Source of the DNA: an uncultured Flavobacteriaceae bacterium | Lineage (GTDB): Bacteria > Bacteroidota > Bacteroidia > Flavobacteriales > Flavobacteriaceae | Direction: 5' to 3' | Assembly: GCA_964407635.1 (NCBI GenBank) | Contig: CAYOWM010000001.1 | Coordinates: 1-27,611, forward strand | Length of the DNA stretch: 27,611 bases | Shown: positions 16,888 to 25,898 of the stretch, piece by piece | Position numbering within the stretch: position 1 is the first letter of the stretch | Layout: every line of letters begins with the position of its first letter | Position numbers and translations under genes: made by a program | Notes under the pieces: model-generated | Seen by the model: only the letters and a program-made list of their open reading frames with translations | The model's database searches: none | What the model was told of the DNA's origin: nothing

Positions 16888-18858
16888 TCAAATGAAGAAA
16901 TTCCAAACCAAACCAAAACGAATTACAAAATCACGGTATGGGTATGATGGTGCTGTGTAATAATCTTTCTTTCCAAATAGAGAATTTATATGATCTAGCT
17001 CAAAATAAATTCGTGTTTGTCGTACTCGAGCATTAATAAAATAATTTACTATCGGAAAATTACCAATTTCAACAGTATTTTGGATTGTAAACTCGGATAA
17101 TAACGGATTATATGCATTTGCATAGTATTTGGTAAAGTATTTAAATGAAATTCCTGTTTCTAAATACATTGGTTTCTTTTTAAATACATAATTACTATAA
17201 TACAAACTGTTTCTAGTTACCAGTTGTGGCACTTTAAAAACATCGGAACCTGATGCCACTTTTTGATACATCAAAGTATTATCTAAATGGAATTTTTTAT
17301 ACGAAATATTTTTAGAGGCTTTTATTTTTAAATAATTTACTGTTTTATCGTATTGTAACGGATTTGCTTGTCCATCGGCATCGGAATCAGAAAAATAGGT
17401 GTAATTATCTAATTGTGTAATTTGTGCAGAAGCGGTTAGCCATTTGTCAGAAATAAATTCAAATTTTAAATTTCGCTGTATTTCATTTTTAAAATTCGTG
17501 TACCAATTATATGCTTTGTAATCCGATTGGTTTAAAATAAAATTAAAATTAGGCGATTTGCTAGAATTTGCTAAAGTTGCTTTTAAGGTAAATACACTAT
17601 CTTTTTTATATTGAGCAACTGCTTTAATATAATTTCCTGTTAAATTTCCTGCGATATTTACACCAATATCTGCTTTAATTTTTATGTTTCTATAATACGT
17701 ATGCCATTTTGCTTTTAAGGAAGTTATATTACCTGAAATACTTTGCGGAATAGTTTGTCCGTTTATAAATAATTCGTTTTTATATTTTTGTGTATAGTTA
17801 TAATTTGCTAACATAAATTTTAATCGTCCTAAAATAATTGGCGATTTTAAACTTACAAATACTTCGTTATACAAGGTTTCTAAATGGTTTTTATCTTTTA
17901 TTTTAGAGGTAAAACTATTGCCAAAATACGTATTAGCATTAGATTGGTTAAACTCGTAATGTTTGGATTCGTACGTAAATGTATGTCCGATTTTTAAATT
18001 ACTAGTACTGGTATTGGTGGAGTCTTTTCTATTCCAAAAGGTAAAATCGTGTTCTAAAAAATAGCGATTTCCTCGCAACATATTATCGGCATCGGCAAAA
18101 TTGGTTATCATTCTACCTCTATCCTTAAAATCGGAGTCGTTTGCTTCAAACAAAATAATAGATTCTGGTGTTAAACCACCATTTTCTTGATTGTATAAAT
18201 CTTGTGCTGTAATATGGCTTAACAAACGGTATTTTTCGTTTTTACTCCTAAATAGATAGGTCATTCTAAAATTACCATGACTACTTAATGTATTTCGGTA
18301 CTTACCTAAAGAACGCAAACCTTTGTATGCTAAAGAGATATTGTGCCGTTTGGTTAAGTTTAAGGTAATTAAAGCATCTAAAAATTGTCCTTGTTCTAAA
18401 CCTGTTCGCCAAGCTAATTCCGTCGTAGGCGTTGGTACTTCGTAATAGGTAACATCGTTAATTTCGTAATAATTAAAGTGTTTTGCTCTTGCTCCTAAAT
18501 TAGGATATAAAGACACTTCATCAAAATTATATGCTAAGTTAGTATAGGTTTGCCCTTGGTTGTGAAAAGCTAATAATTCAAAATTATCTTTTCGTATAAA
18601 ATTGAATGTATAGTATTTGTTAATCGTAAGAGTAGTATCTACGTAAGTGGTATCTCTATCTCGTGTAAAAATTTTATAATCGGAATATTTAGTTTTTCCG
18701 CTTAGTTTAACATCTACTTCCTCTTTACGATATGTAGAATCAGATTCGCTAAGACGATTACTAAATTGAGGAATATTTCCTTTAGATACAGGACGAATTT
18801 GTGCTTGTAGCAGAATACTTCCGAAAAGGATTATAAATAAGCTAAATTGTTTAAACAT
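16888..18858 (-). CDS. Putative outer-membrane beta-barrel porin (Bacteroidota putative porin family)
   Basis: Signal peptide, alternating aromatic/hydrophobic beta-strand pattern, and C-terminal FGLVWNFFI with terminal aromatics. Confidence 0.8.
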   Translation of the reverse strand: MFKQFSLFIILFGSILLQAQIRPVSKGNIPQFSNRLSESDSTYRKEEVDVKLSGKTKYSDYKIFTRDRDTTYVDTTLTINKYYTFNFIRKDNFELLAFHNQGQTYTNLAYNFDEVSLYPNLGARAKHFNYYEINDVTYYEVPTPTTELAWRTGLEQGQFLDALITLNLTKRHNISLAYKGLRSLGKYRNTLSSHGNFRMTYLFRSKNEKYRLLSHITAQDLYNQENGGLTPESIILFEANDSDFKDRGRMITNFADADNMLRGNRYFLEHDFTFWNRKDSTNTSTSNLKIGHTFTYESKHYEFNQSNANTYFGNSFTSKIKDKNHLETLYNEVFVSLKSPIILGRLKFMLANYNYTQKYKNELFINGQTIPQSISGNITSLKAKWHTYYRNIKIKADIGVNIAGNLTGNYIKAVAQYKKDSVFTLKATLANSSKSPNFNFILNQSDYKAYNWYTNFKNEIQRNLKFEFISDKWLTASAQITQLDNYTYFSDSDADGQANPLQYDKTVNYLKIKASKNISYKKFHLDNTLMYQKVASGSDVFKVPQLVTRNSLYYSNYVFKKKPMYLETGISFKYFTKYYANAYNPLLSEFTIQNTVEIGNFPIVNYFINARVRQTRIYFELDHINSLFGKKDYYTAPSYPYRDFVIRFGLVWNFFI

Positions 18859-18865
18859 AATTTGG

Positions 18866-18873
18866 CAAAGGTA
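18866..18873 (-). promoter_or_regulatory. -7 element (TACCTTTG) for the porin gene
   Basis: Plus-strand caaaggta, 7 nt from the ATG at 18858. Confidence 0.55.
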
Positions 18874-18956
18874 CTATTTGCTTATAAAAATAATAATAAA
18901 ATTATCCTAAAATTTAATAAACTGACAAATGCTGTATTTACTTTATAATAAATCTT

Positions 18957-18964
18957 TATATTTG
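18957..18964 (+). promoter_or_regulatory. -7 element (TATATTTG) for fabH
   Basis: Exact match 22 nt upstream of the ATG at 18987. Confidence 0.6.
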
Positions 18965-18986
18965 ACTAATTTTAAATCAACACAAA

Positions 18987-19988
18987 ATGTATAACTCAAA
19001 AATTACTGGACTCGGTTTTTACGTTCCAGATAACGTTGTAACAAACGACGATTTATCCAAAATTATGGATACAAATGATGCGTGGATTCAAGAACGCACA
19101 GGTATTAAAGAAAGGCATTGGATAAAAGATAAAACGGATTCTGCTGCAACAATGGGTGCAAAAGCGGCAAAAATAGCCATTGAAAGAGCAGGTTTAACTA
19201 AAAACGATATTGATTTTATTGTATTTGCCACTTTAAGTCCAGATTATTTTTTTCCTGGTTGTGGTGTACAAATTCAAGAAATGTTAGATATGAATACTAT
19301 CGGAGCGATTGATATTCGTAACCAATGTTCTGGTTTTGTTTACGCTTTATCTACTGCAGATCAATTTATTAAAACAGGAATGTATAAAAATGTATTAGTA
19401 ATTGGTTCGGAATACCATTCTAACGGATTAGACAAAACAACTCGTGGTCGTGGTGTTTCGGTAATTTTTGGTGATGGTGCTGGTGCTTGTGTTTTGTCTA
19501 GAGAAGAAGATAACAGCAAAGGTATTTTATCTACACATTTACACTCCGAAGGTAAACATGCCGAAAAACTAGCCGTTGTTTCGCCAAGTATTAGGCATTG
19601 GGTTCCTGAAATTTTAGCAAATAAAGAGGAAGACATATCCTTTTATCCATATATGGATGGGCAATTTGTTTTTAAACATGCTATTGTTCGTTTTAGTGAA
19701 GTAATTAACGAAGGTTTACAAGCAAATAATTTATCTGCTAGTGATATCGATATGTTTATTCCGCATCAAGCTAATTTACGAATTTCGCAATTTGTTCAGA
19801 AAAAATTTAAACTTACAAATGATCAAGTTTTTAATAACATTCAAAAATATGGTAATACTACTGCTGCAAGTATTATTATTGCTTTAACAGATGCTTGGGA
19901 ACAAGGCAAAATTAAAGAAGGTGATTTAGTAGTTCTTGCTGCTTTTGGTAGTGGTTTTACTTGGGCAAGTGCTGTTATTAGATGGTAA
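18987..19988 (+). CDS. fabH: 3-oxoacyl-ACP synthase III (FabH family)
   Basis: WIQERTGIKER, NQCSGF (Cys), IFGDGAGA, PHQAN (His), YGNTTAAS (Asn), AFGSGFTW. Confidence 0.93.
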   Translation: MYNSKITGLGFYVPDNVVTNDDLSKIMDTNDAWIQERTGIKERHWIKDKTDSAATMGAKAAKIAIERAGLTKNDIDFIVFATLSPDYFFPGCGVQIQEMLDMNTIGAIDIRNQCSGFVYALSTADQFIKTGMYKNVLVIGSEYHSNGLDKTTRGRGVSVIFGDGAGACVLSREEDNSKGILSTHLHSEGKHAEKLAVVSPSIRHWVPEILANKEEDISFYPYMDGQFVFKHAIVRFSEVINEGLQANNLSASDIDMFIPHQANLRISQFVQKKFKLTNDQVFNNIQKYGNTTAASIIIALTDAWEQGKIKEGDLVVLAAFGSGFTWASAVIRW

Positions 19989-20000
19989 AATAAATAGTTT

Positions 20001-20037
20001 AACCCTTTTAGTGTTTTTACAATATTAAAAGGGTTTT
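20001..20037. terminator. Intrinsic terminator downstream of fabH, between convergent genes
   Basis: AACCCTTTTAGTGT / ATATTAAAAGGGTT 14-bp stem with 2 G:U pairs and a 7-nt loop. Confidence 0.7.
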
Positions 20038-20129
20038 ATATCATTTTATAAATGATACTTCTTTTTTTTGATTGTTTTTTATGCTTGTTATGTAATGGTG
20101 CTATGTGTAGTTTGGTAAGCAGTGGCTAG

Positions 20130-20714
20130 TCAAGAAAGCTTATTAATTATAATAATATCAGCTAAAAAATAAATATATCCTATATACAATTCATCATTTA
20201 ACTTTTTGCTAGGTATAACTTCAATAAAAGCTTTAATAAGTTCTTTATCTAAAAAACTTTTTTCTTCAAAAAGACTTATAATACGACGCAATCTTTTTAA
20301 AATAGATTTATCCTTTGTTTCTAAATATAGATATGAACAATTTCCAAACAAATTAGAGTAAACAGAGATAAAATTATATCCGTTTTTTTCAAATTCTAAA
20401 TAAATAGATGATTTAGCAAATTCATTTGTTCCATCTCTCGTTAAATTCAATAATAAATTTTGATAGCTTTTTTTATCGTTTTTTAAAATATATCCACCTC
20501 TAATTAATGTTTTATTAATGTTCTTGGTCATTTTAAAATATTCTAAGACTTTAAATTTTTTATCACTGATATGTTCAATATTATAGATACTCTTTTTAAA
20601 TTCCTTTTTTATACATTTTTCTGTTTTTTTCTCTAATAACAATTCTTTAGATTTGCATGAGTAAGTGAAAAATATAAAGATGAGTATAATTTTTAAGTCT
20701 TTTAATTCTAACAT
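20130..20714 (-). CDS. Hypothetical lipoprotein, low GC
   Basis: Short hydrophobic signal with a lipobox-like FTYS-C at Cys20. Spot GC counts of ~20-22% on two 60-nt lines versus ~37% on a sucA line. Confidence 0.65.
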   Translation of the reverse strand: MLELKDLKIILIFIFFTYSCKSKELLLEKKTEKCIKKEFKKSIYNIEHISDKKFKVLEYFKMTKNINKTLIRGGYILKNDKKSYQNLLLNLTRDGTNEFAKSSIYLEFEKNGYNFISVYSNLFGNCSYLYLETKDKSILKRLRRIISLFEEKSFLDKELIKAFIEVIPSKKLNDELYIGYIYFLADIIIINKLS

Positions 20715-20844
20715 AATGATAATTTGTTTTTAATATTTTTCAAGAGGTATTACATTCTTGTATGAATTATGCGTATAAAATAAAGCAGTAACCTATTTTA
20801 TAGAGTATTCGGAATTATTTAAAAAAGTTCATAAAGTATATCTT

Positions 20845-21738
20845 TTAGATCGAGAAGGAAAAATATAAGGATAAATCCGTTGGTCCTTCGAGGGTTTCTT
20901 TTGTGATTTTTTTATTTTTTACGTGCCATTTTACCAAAGAAATTTCAAGGTTTTCAATTTCAATTCCAATAATGGATTTAGGATGTACGCAACTACCATC
21001 GTTAAAATATGGCACTTCGTTTGGTAGCGGAAATTTTGGTCTGTGCGTGTGTCCTGCAATTATTATTTGATGGTTGTTTTTTACAATCCACTTTTTTAAA
21101 TTTCGTTCTACTTTAATAGAATTTTTGTAATTTTTAGCAGGACTGGTTGGATCTTTTATGGCAAATGTTTTTTGTAAAGGCATCCAAAGATAGCGTACTA
21201 AAAACCGATTAAATTTCCACATACTATAATTCATAAAATCCGCTTGATGTCCGTGTATTAAAAAGATGGATTTATCTGTGCCATCGATGTCTAACAACAA
21301 ACTTTCTTTGAAATCTACATTAAAAAAAAGTTTTTTATCTTTAGATTGTTTGTCTGTAAAAAACCGATTTAACATTTTTTCTACTACATTTTTATCTTTA
21401 AAAACCATATCGTGATTTCCCCAAAGTAAGTGTAATCGTTTTTGTTTGTGAAATTTTAATTGTAAATCAAATATTTCTTTATAGGTATTGTAAATTGGTT
21501 CAAACGATTTATTTTCCCAAAGTTCTACACCATCTCCAAGTTCAAAATAAATAAAATCATTTTGGTAATAATGTTCTAGTGCATATTTGTAGATAGCAAC
21601 ATTATGTACAAAATCATCGGCATAACTATTATCGCCTTTGTGCATATCGCTAAAGAAAATTAATTTTGAATCGCGATTGATACAAATGTTTTCGGCATTT
21701 TTAAAAGCTCTAGAAAGGATGTTATGCGTAATACTCAA
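20845..21738 (-). CDS. Calcineurin-like metallophosphoesterase
   Basis: SDMH, LGDGVELW, GNHD, IHGH and GHTH motifs in canonical order; TTG start. Confidence 0.85.
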   Translation of the reverse strand: MSITHNILSRAFKNAENICINRDSKLIFFSDMHKGDNSYADDFVHNVAIYKYALEHYYQNDFIYFELGDGVELWENKSFEPIYNTYKEIFDLQLKFHKQKRLHLLWGNHDMVFKDKNVVEKMLNRFFTDKQSKDKKLFFNVDFKESLLLDIDGTDKSIFLIHGHQADFMNYSMWKFNRFLVRYLWMPLQKTFAIKDPTSPAKNYKNSIKVERNLKKWIVKNNHQIIIAGHTHRPKFPLPNEVPYFNDGSCVHPKSIIGIEIENLEISLVKWHVKNKKITKETLEGPTDLSLYFSFSI

Positions 21739-21785
21739 AATTGTTTTTATTGCAAGATATTACTTTTTATTGAATATTTATGAGA

Positions 21786-23678
21786 TTATAACCTTTCCGA
21801 AATAATAGATTTGACACAATCAGGATTTAATAAGGTAGAAATATCCCCTAGATTTTCCATATCATTGGAAGCAATTTTTCGTAATATTCTACGCATAATT
21901 TTTCCAGAACGTGTTTTAGGTAAACCTGTTACAAATTGAATTTTATCGCATTTTGCTATTGGTCCGATTTGTTTGGAAATAAGATTGTTTATTTCTTTTT
22001 TTAGTGTGTCATCGCCAATTACATTATCATACAGAATTACATACGCATATAATGCATTTCCTTTTATATCGTGTGGATAACCAACAACGGCACATTCTAC
22101 AATTTTTTTGTGTTCGTCTATGGCGTTTTCTATTGGAGCAGTACCTAAATTGTGTCCTGAAACAATTACTACATCATCTACACGACCAGTAATTCGGTAA
22201 AAACCATTTTCATCGCGTAATGCACCATCTCCAGTAAAGTATTTGCCTTTAAATGTAGAAAAGTACGTTTCTTTATAGCGTTGGTGGTTTCCGTAAATAG
22301 TTCTTGCAATAGATGGCCAAGGAAATTGAATTGCCAAGCGACCTTCGGCAGGATTAGTTTCGATTAATGCACCATTTTCATCTAATAAAACAGGTTGTAC
22401 ACCTATCATTGGTAGAGTTGCAAATGTTGGTTTTTGTGGTGTAATTCCTGCTAGAGATGCAATCATCATTGCACCAGTTTCGGTTTGCCACCAAGTATCT
22501 ACAATCGGACATTTTCCTTTTCCGATATGCGTATCGTACCAATGCCATGCTTCTTCGTTTATGGGTTCGCCTACGCTTCCTAAAACTTTTAACGAGGATA
22601 AATCGTGTTTGGTAACAAGTTCTAACGGAAATTTTTCTAATGCTCTAATTGCTGTTGGAGCAGTATAAAATTGATTCACTTTGTGTTTTTCAACAATTTC
22701 CCAAAAGCGTCCTCCGTCAGGAAAAGTAGGAATTCCTTCAAACATAAGTGTAGTTGCACCTTGTAAAAGTGGTCCGTAAACAATATAACTATGTCCTGTA
22801 ATCCAACCAATATCTGCGGTACACCAATAAATATCCTCTTTTTCGTATTGGAATACATTCTGAAAAGTAAAAGCAGTATTTACCATATAACCAGCAAAAG
22901 TGTGTACCATTCCTTTTGGTTTTCCTGTTGAGCCAGAAGTGTATAAAATAAATAACATATCTTCGGCATCTATTATTTCTGCTTGGCAAGTTTCGGAAGC
23001 ATTTTTAACTTCCTCATGCCACCATTTTTGATTTTTGGTTAAGGTAATATCGGAATTTATTCGCTTTAAAACGATTGTGGTTTCAATACTTGAACTCATT
23101 TTTAGAGCTTGGTCTGCAATGGATTTTAAATCGATGGTTTTATTACCTCTAAAAGCACCATCTGCAGTTAATAAAATAGAACATTTTGCGTCGTCAATTC
23201 TACTAGCCAAGGCTTTAGATGAAAAACCTGCAAATACAACAGAGTGTACAGCACCAATTCTAGCACAAGCTAAAACGGCAATAGCAAGTTCTGGTACCAT
23301 TGGCATATATAGGCAAATTCTATCGCCTTTTTTTGCTCCATTATTTTTTAAAACATTGGCAAATTGCGATACTTTTTTGTGTAATTCATTGTAGGATAGG
23401 TGAATTGCTTTATCTTTAGGGTTGTTTGGTTCCCAAATAATTGCTGTTTTTTCGCCAATAGTTTCTAGGTGTCTGTCTAGGCAATTTTCGGTAATATTTC
23501 CTTTAGCATTTTTAAACCATTCTATTTTCGGAATTGTAAAATCATATTCAACTACGCTATTCCATTTTTTATGCCAAGTAAAATTATTGGCTATTTCTCC
23601 CCAAAATTTTTCAGGATTTTCAATAGATTTTTTATAATAATCGTGGTATTGTTTTTCTGATTTTATTTTTAATTCCAT
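21786..23678 (-). CDS. acs: Acetate--CoA ligase (AMP-forming acetyl-CoA synthetase)
   Basis: YTSGSTGKPKG, WCTADIGWITGH, DTWWQTETG, PKTRSGKIMRR. Confidence 0.97.
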   Translation of the reverse strand: MELKIKSEKQYHDYYKKSIENPEKFWGEIANNFTWHKKWNSVVEYDFTIPKIEWFKNAKGNITENCLDRHLETIGEKTAIIWEPNNPKDKAIHLSYNELHKKVSQFANVLKNNGAKKGDRICLYMPMVPELAIAVLACARIGAVHSVVFAGFSSKALASRIDDAKCSILLTADGAFRGNKTIDLKSIADQALKMSSSIETTIVLKRINSDITLTKNQKWWHEEVKNASETCQAEIIDAEDMLFILYTSGSTGKPKGMVHTFAGYMVNTAFTFQNVFQYEKEDIYWCTADIGWITGHSYIVYGPLLQGATTLMFEGIPTFPDGGRFWEIVEKHKVNQFYTAPTAIRALEKFPLELVTKHDLSSLKVLGSVGEPINEEAWHWYDTHIGKGKCPIVDTWWQTETGAMMIASLAGITPQKPTFATLPMIGVQPVLLDENGALIETNPAEGRLAIQFPWPSIARTIYGNHQRYKETYFSTFKGKYFTGDGALRDENGFYRITGRVDDVVIVSGHNLGTAPIENAIDEHKKIVECAVVGYPHDIKGNALYAYVILYDNVIGDDTLKKEINNLISKQIGPIAKCDKIQFVTGLPKTRSGKIMRRILRKIASNDMENLGDISTLLNPDCVKSIISERL

Positions 23679-23688
23679 ATTTTAAAAT

Positions 23689-24048
23689 TTAGTTGTTTAA
23701 TGCTTTGTTTTCTTCTTCGGTTAATAATCTTGAGTGAATGATAAATCGCAAACCTAAAGGTATTTCTAAGGAAAAACTAGAACCTCTACCTTCGGTAATA
23801 TCAACGGTAAGAAAGGTGTGTTTCCAGTATTCAAACTGTTCTTCGTTCATGTAATAATTTACGCCTTCGAGCTGTCCTAAAAGGATATCGCTATCGTCTA
23901 AATACATGTCTCCTTTTTCAAAAATCATAGGAGCAGAGCCATCACAACAACCACCACTTTGATGAAATATTAATTCACCGTGTTTTTCTTTGAGTTGTTG
24001 TACGATTTTTGCTGCTTGTTCGGTAATTGCTACTCGTTTAAATTCCAT
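23689..24048 (-). CDS. DUF779-family protein
   Basis: FHQSGGCCDGSAPM and GRGSSFSLE motifs; lies in its typical position directly after an AldB-type dehydrogenase. Confidence 0.85.
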   Translation of the reverse strand: MEFKRVAITEQAAKIVQQLKEKHGELIFHQSGGCCDGSAPMIFEKGDMYLDDSDILLGQLEGVNYYMNEEQFEYWKHTFLTVDITEGRGSSFSLEIPLGLRFIIHSRLLTEEENKALNN

Positions 24049-24089
24049 TTTTAAAAATTATTGGTAAATATAAAAATATAATTTGAAAG

Positions 24090-24128
24090 TATAAAGTCAT
24101 AGTTTTAAATTAAAACTATGACTTTATA
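24090..24128. repeat. Perfect 19+1+19 palindrome between the aldehyde dehydrogenase and DUF779 genes
   Basis: TATAAAGTCATAGTTTTAA-A-TTAAAACTATGACTTTATA. Confidence 0.9.
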
Positions 24129-24148
24129 AAAATACTTGATAATCTATT

Positions 24149-25648
24149 TTAAAAGAACCCTAATTTATTTTTATCATAAGAAATTAGCATATTTTTATTT
24201 TGGCGATAGTGGTTCATCATCATTAAATGTGTTTCTCTACCAAAACCAGATTTTTTATAACCTCCAAATGGAGCATGAGCAGGATATGCATGATAACAAT
24301 TTACCCAAACTCTACCAGCTTTTATTGCTCTTGGAATTTGGTATAATTGGTGTGCGTCTCGTGTCCAAACACCAGCTCCTAATCCGTAAAGTGTATCGTT
24401 TGCAATTTCAATTGCTTCGGCTTCGTCTTTAAATTTGGTAACAGCCAATACTGGTCCGAAAATTTCCTCTTGAAATATACGCATTTTATTATGTCCTTCT
24501 AATATAGTTGGTTCAATATAAAATCCGTTAGCAAATTCGCCATCTAATTTACAAGCATTTCCTCCAGTTAATACTTTTGCACCTTCTTCTTTACCAATAT
24601 TAATATAGGATAATATTTTTTCGTATTGGTCGTTAGATGCTTGCGCACCCATCATGGTGTTTACATCATACGGATTTGCTTGTACTATTGCTTTTGTTCG
24701 AGCAACAACTTTTTCCATAAAGGCATCGTAAATATCCTCTTGTACTAATAAACGAGAAGGACAAGTACATACTTCACCTTGGTTAAAAGCGAATAAAACT
24801 GCTCCTTCGATAGCTTTATCTAAAAACGCATCATCTTCATCCATAACGGAATTAAAGAAAATATTTGGTGATTTACCACCTAATTCCATCGAAACAGGAT
24901 TAAGGTTTTTAGATGCATATTGCATAATTAATTGTCCAGTAGTTGTTTCACCAGTAAAGGCAACTTTGTCCACACCAGAATGCGACGCTAAAGGTTTACC
25001 AGCTTCAGGACCAAATCCGTGAATAATATTTACAACTCCAGGAGGAAAAACATCGGCAATTTTTTCCATTAATAAAGTTGCAGAAGATGGTGTTTGTTCT
25101 GCTGGTTTTAAGATTACACAGTTTCCTGCAGCTAAAGCAGGAGGTACTTTCCAAGAAAGCATTAATAATGGGAAATTCCAAGGAATAATTTGTGCAACTA
25201 CACCTAAAGGCTCTTTAATATTCATAGAAAGTGTGTTTTGGTCAAGCTCTGTAGCTGTACCTTCTTCTGCACGAATAACCGAAGCAAAATAACGCCAATG
25301 ATCTACCGATAAAGGCACATCTGCATTTATGGTTTCACGAATTGCTTTACCATTGTCGCAAGTTTCTACTAATGCAAATTCTTCTGCATGTTGTTCAATA
25401 ATATCGGCAACTTTATTTAACAAATTTGCACGTTCCGCAGCAGCTGTATTTCCCCAAGCTTCTTTTGCAGCATTGGCAGCTTCTACAGCATTGTTTACAT
25501 CCTCTTTTTTAGATCTCGGATATTTCGCAATTAAAGAATTATCTATTGGTGATTTGTTTTCAAAGTATTCACCATCTACAGGATCGACAAACTTGCCATT
25601 GATAAAATTCCCATACTTTTCTTTAAAATTAGGTTTTTTGTAACTCAT
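24149..25648 (-). CDS. aldB: NAD-dependent aldehyde dehydrogenase (AldB/ExaC acetaldehyde dehydrogenase type)
   Basis: IPWNFP, KPAEQTP, FTGETTTG, MELGGKSP, NQGEVCTCPSR (catalytic Cys), QEEIFGPV, FGGYKKSGFGRE. Confidence 0.92.
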   Translation of the reverse strand: MSYKKPNFKEKYGNFINGKFVDPVDGEYFENKSPIDNSLIAKYPRSKKEDVNNAVEAANAAKEAWGNTAAAERANLLNKVADIIEQHAEEFALVETCDNGKAIRETINADVPLSVDHWRYFASVIRAEEGTATELDQNTLSMNIKEPLGVVAQIIPWNFPLLMLSWKVPPALAAGNCVILKPAEQTPSSATLLMEKIADVFPPGVVNIIHGFGPEAGKPLASHSGVDKVAFTGETTTGQLIMQYASKNLNPVSMELGGKSPNIFFNSVMDEDDAFLDKAIEGAVLFAFNQGEVCTCPSRLLVQEDIYDAFMEKVVARTKAIVQANPYDVNTMMGAQASNDQYEKILSYINIGKEEGAKVLTGGNACKLDGEFANGFYIEPTILEGHNKMRIFQEEIFGPVLAVTKFKDEAEAIEIANDTLYGLGAGVWTRDAHQLYQIPRAIKAGRVWVNCYHAYPAHAPFGGYKKSGFGRETHLMMMNHYRQNKNMLISYDKNKLGFF

Positions 25649-25700
25649 AGTATATATAAAATTAAGGTTAATAATCCGTTTTGAAAATTTTCAGTTTTAT

Positions 25701-25734
25701 AAAAAAGACCAATAAGAGTATTATTGGTCTTTTT
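25701..25734 (-). terminator. Strong intrinsic terminator in the leader upstream of aldB
   Basis: Perfect 14-bp stem AAAAAGACCAATAA-GAGTA-TTATTGGTCTTTTT; reads with a U6 tract on the minus strand. Confidence 0.8.
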
Positions 25735-25791
25735 GTCTAATTCAAACCCCTTAAATGTGAATTAGCATTATAATAAAAAAGAAAATTATGT
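25701..25791 (-). ncRNA. Candidate ~90-nt sRNA or attenuator leader
   Basis: A -7 element at 25794-25801 is followed by an unstructured U-rich 5' part, a hairpin (25737-25765) and the terminator. No expression evidence. Confidence 0.45.
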
Positions 25792-25793
25792 TA

Positions 25794-25801
25794 CAAATGT
25801 A
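25794..25801 (-). promoter_or_regulatory. -7 element (TACATTTG) facing the sRNA/aldB
   Basis: Plus-strand caaatgta; the only TAnnTTTG match I found on the minus strand of this intergenic region. Confidence 0.55.
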
Positions 25802-25898
25802 TGCTAATCAAATGATTAAAAATTGCACATATCTATTAAATACTAATACATTTCTATCAAATTTCAAAAAAGTCATTTTTTTTTAGTATTATTGTTAT

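Noticed and set aside
16836-16916. Hydrophobic N-terminal 27 aa of the tracked 98-aa ParD-like ORF, which looks like a TM segment
   Set aside because: This stretch overlaps the porin 3' end and contains the gene's own promoter. The ATG at 16835 is the better start, so a membrane-anchored antitoxin is not supported.
15605-25643. Further shadow ORFs (15605..15793, 15837..16034, 16180..16485, 19361..19636, 22004..22192, 22676..22858, 22789..22989, 23035..23394, 23422..23637, 24136..24432, 25329..25643)
   Set aside because: Nested in or antisense to the MCO, fabH, acs or aldB genes, with no independent support.
25876-25884. T9 tract just upstream of the araC start
   Set aside because: No clear consensus promoter brackets it, and such tracts are expected in AT-rich intergenic DNA.
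25788-25886. 32-codon plus-strand ORF (MLQMYANQMIK...VIFF) upstream of araC, with an A-rich start context
   Set aside because: No plus-strand promoter motif upstream and no motif in the peptide. The good start context is simply the reverse complement of the candidate sRNA 5' end. Ribosome profiling would be needed to revive it.
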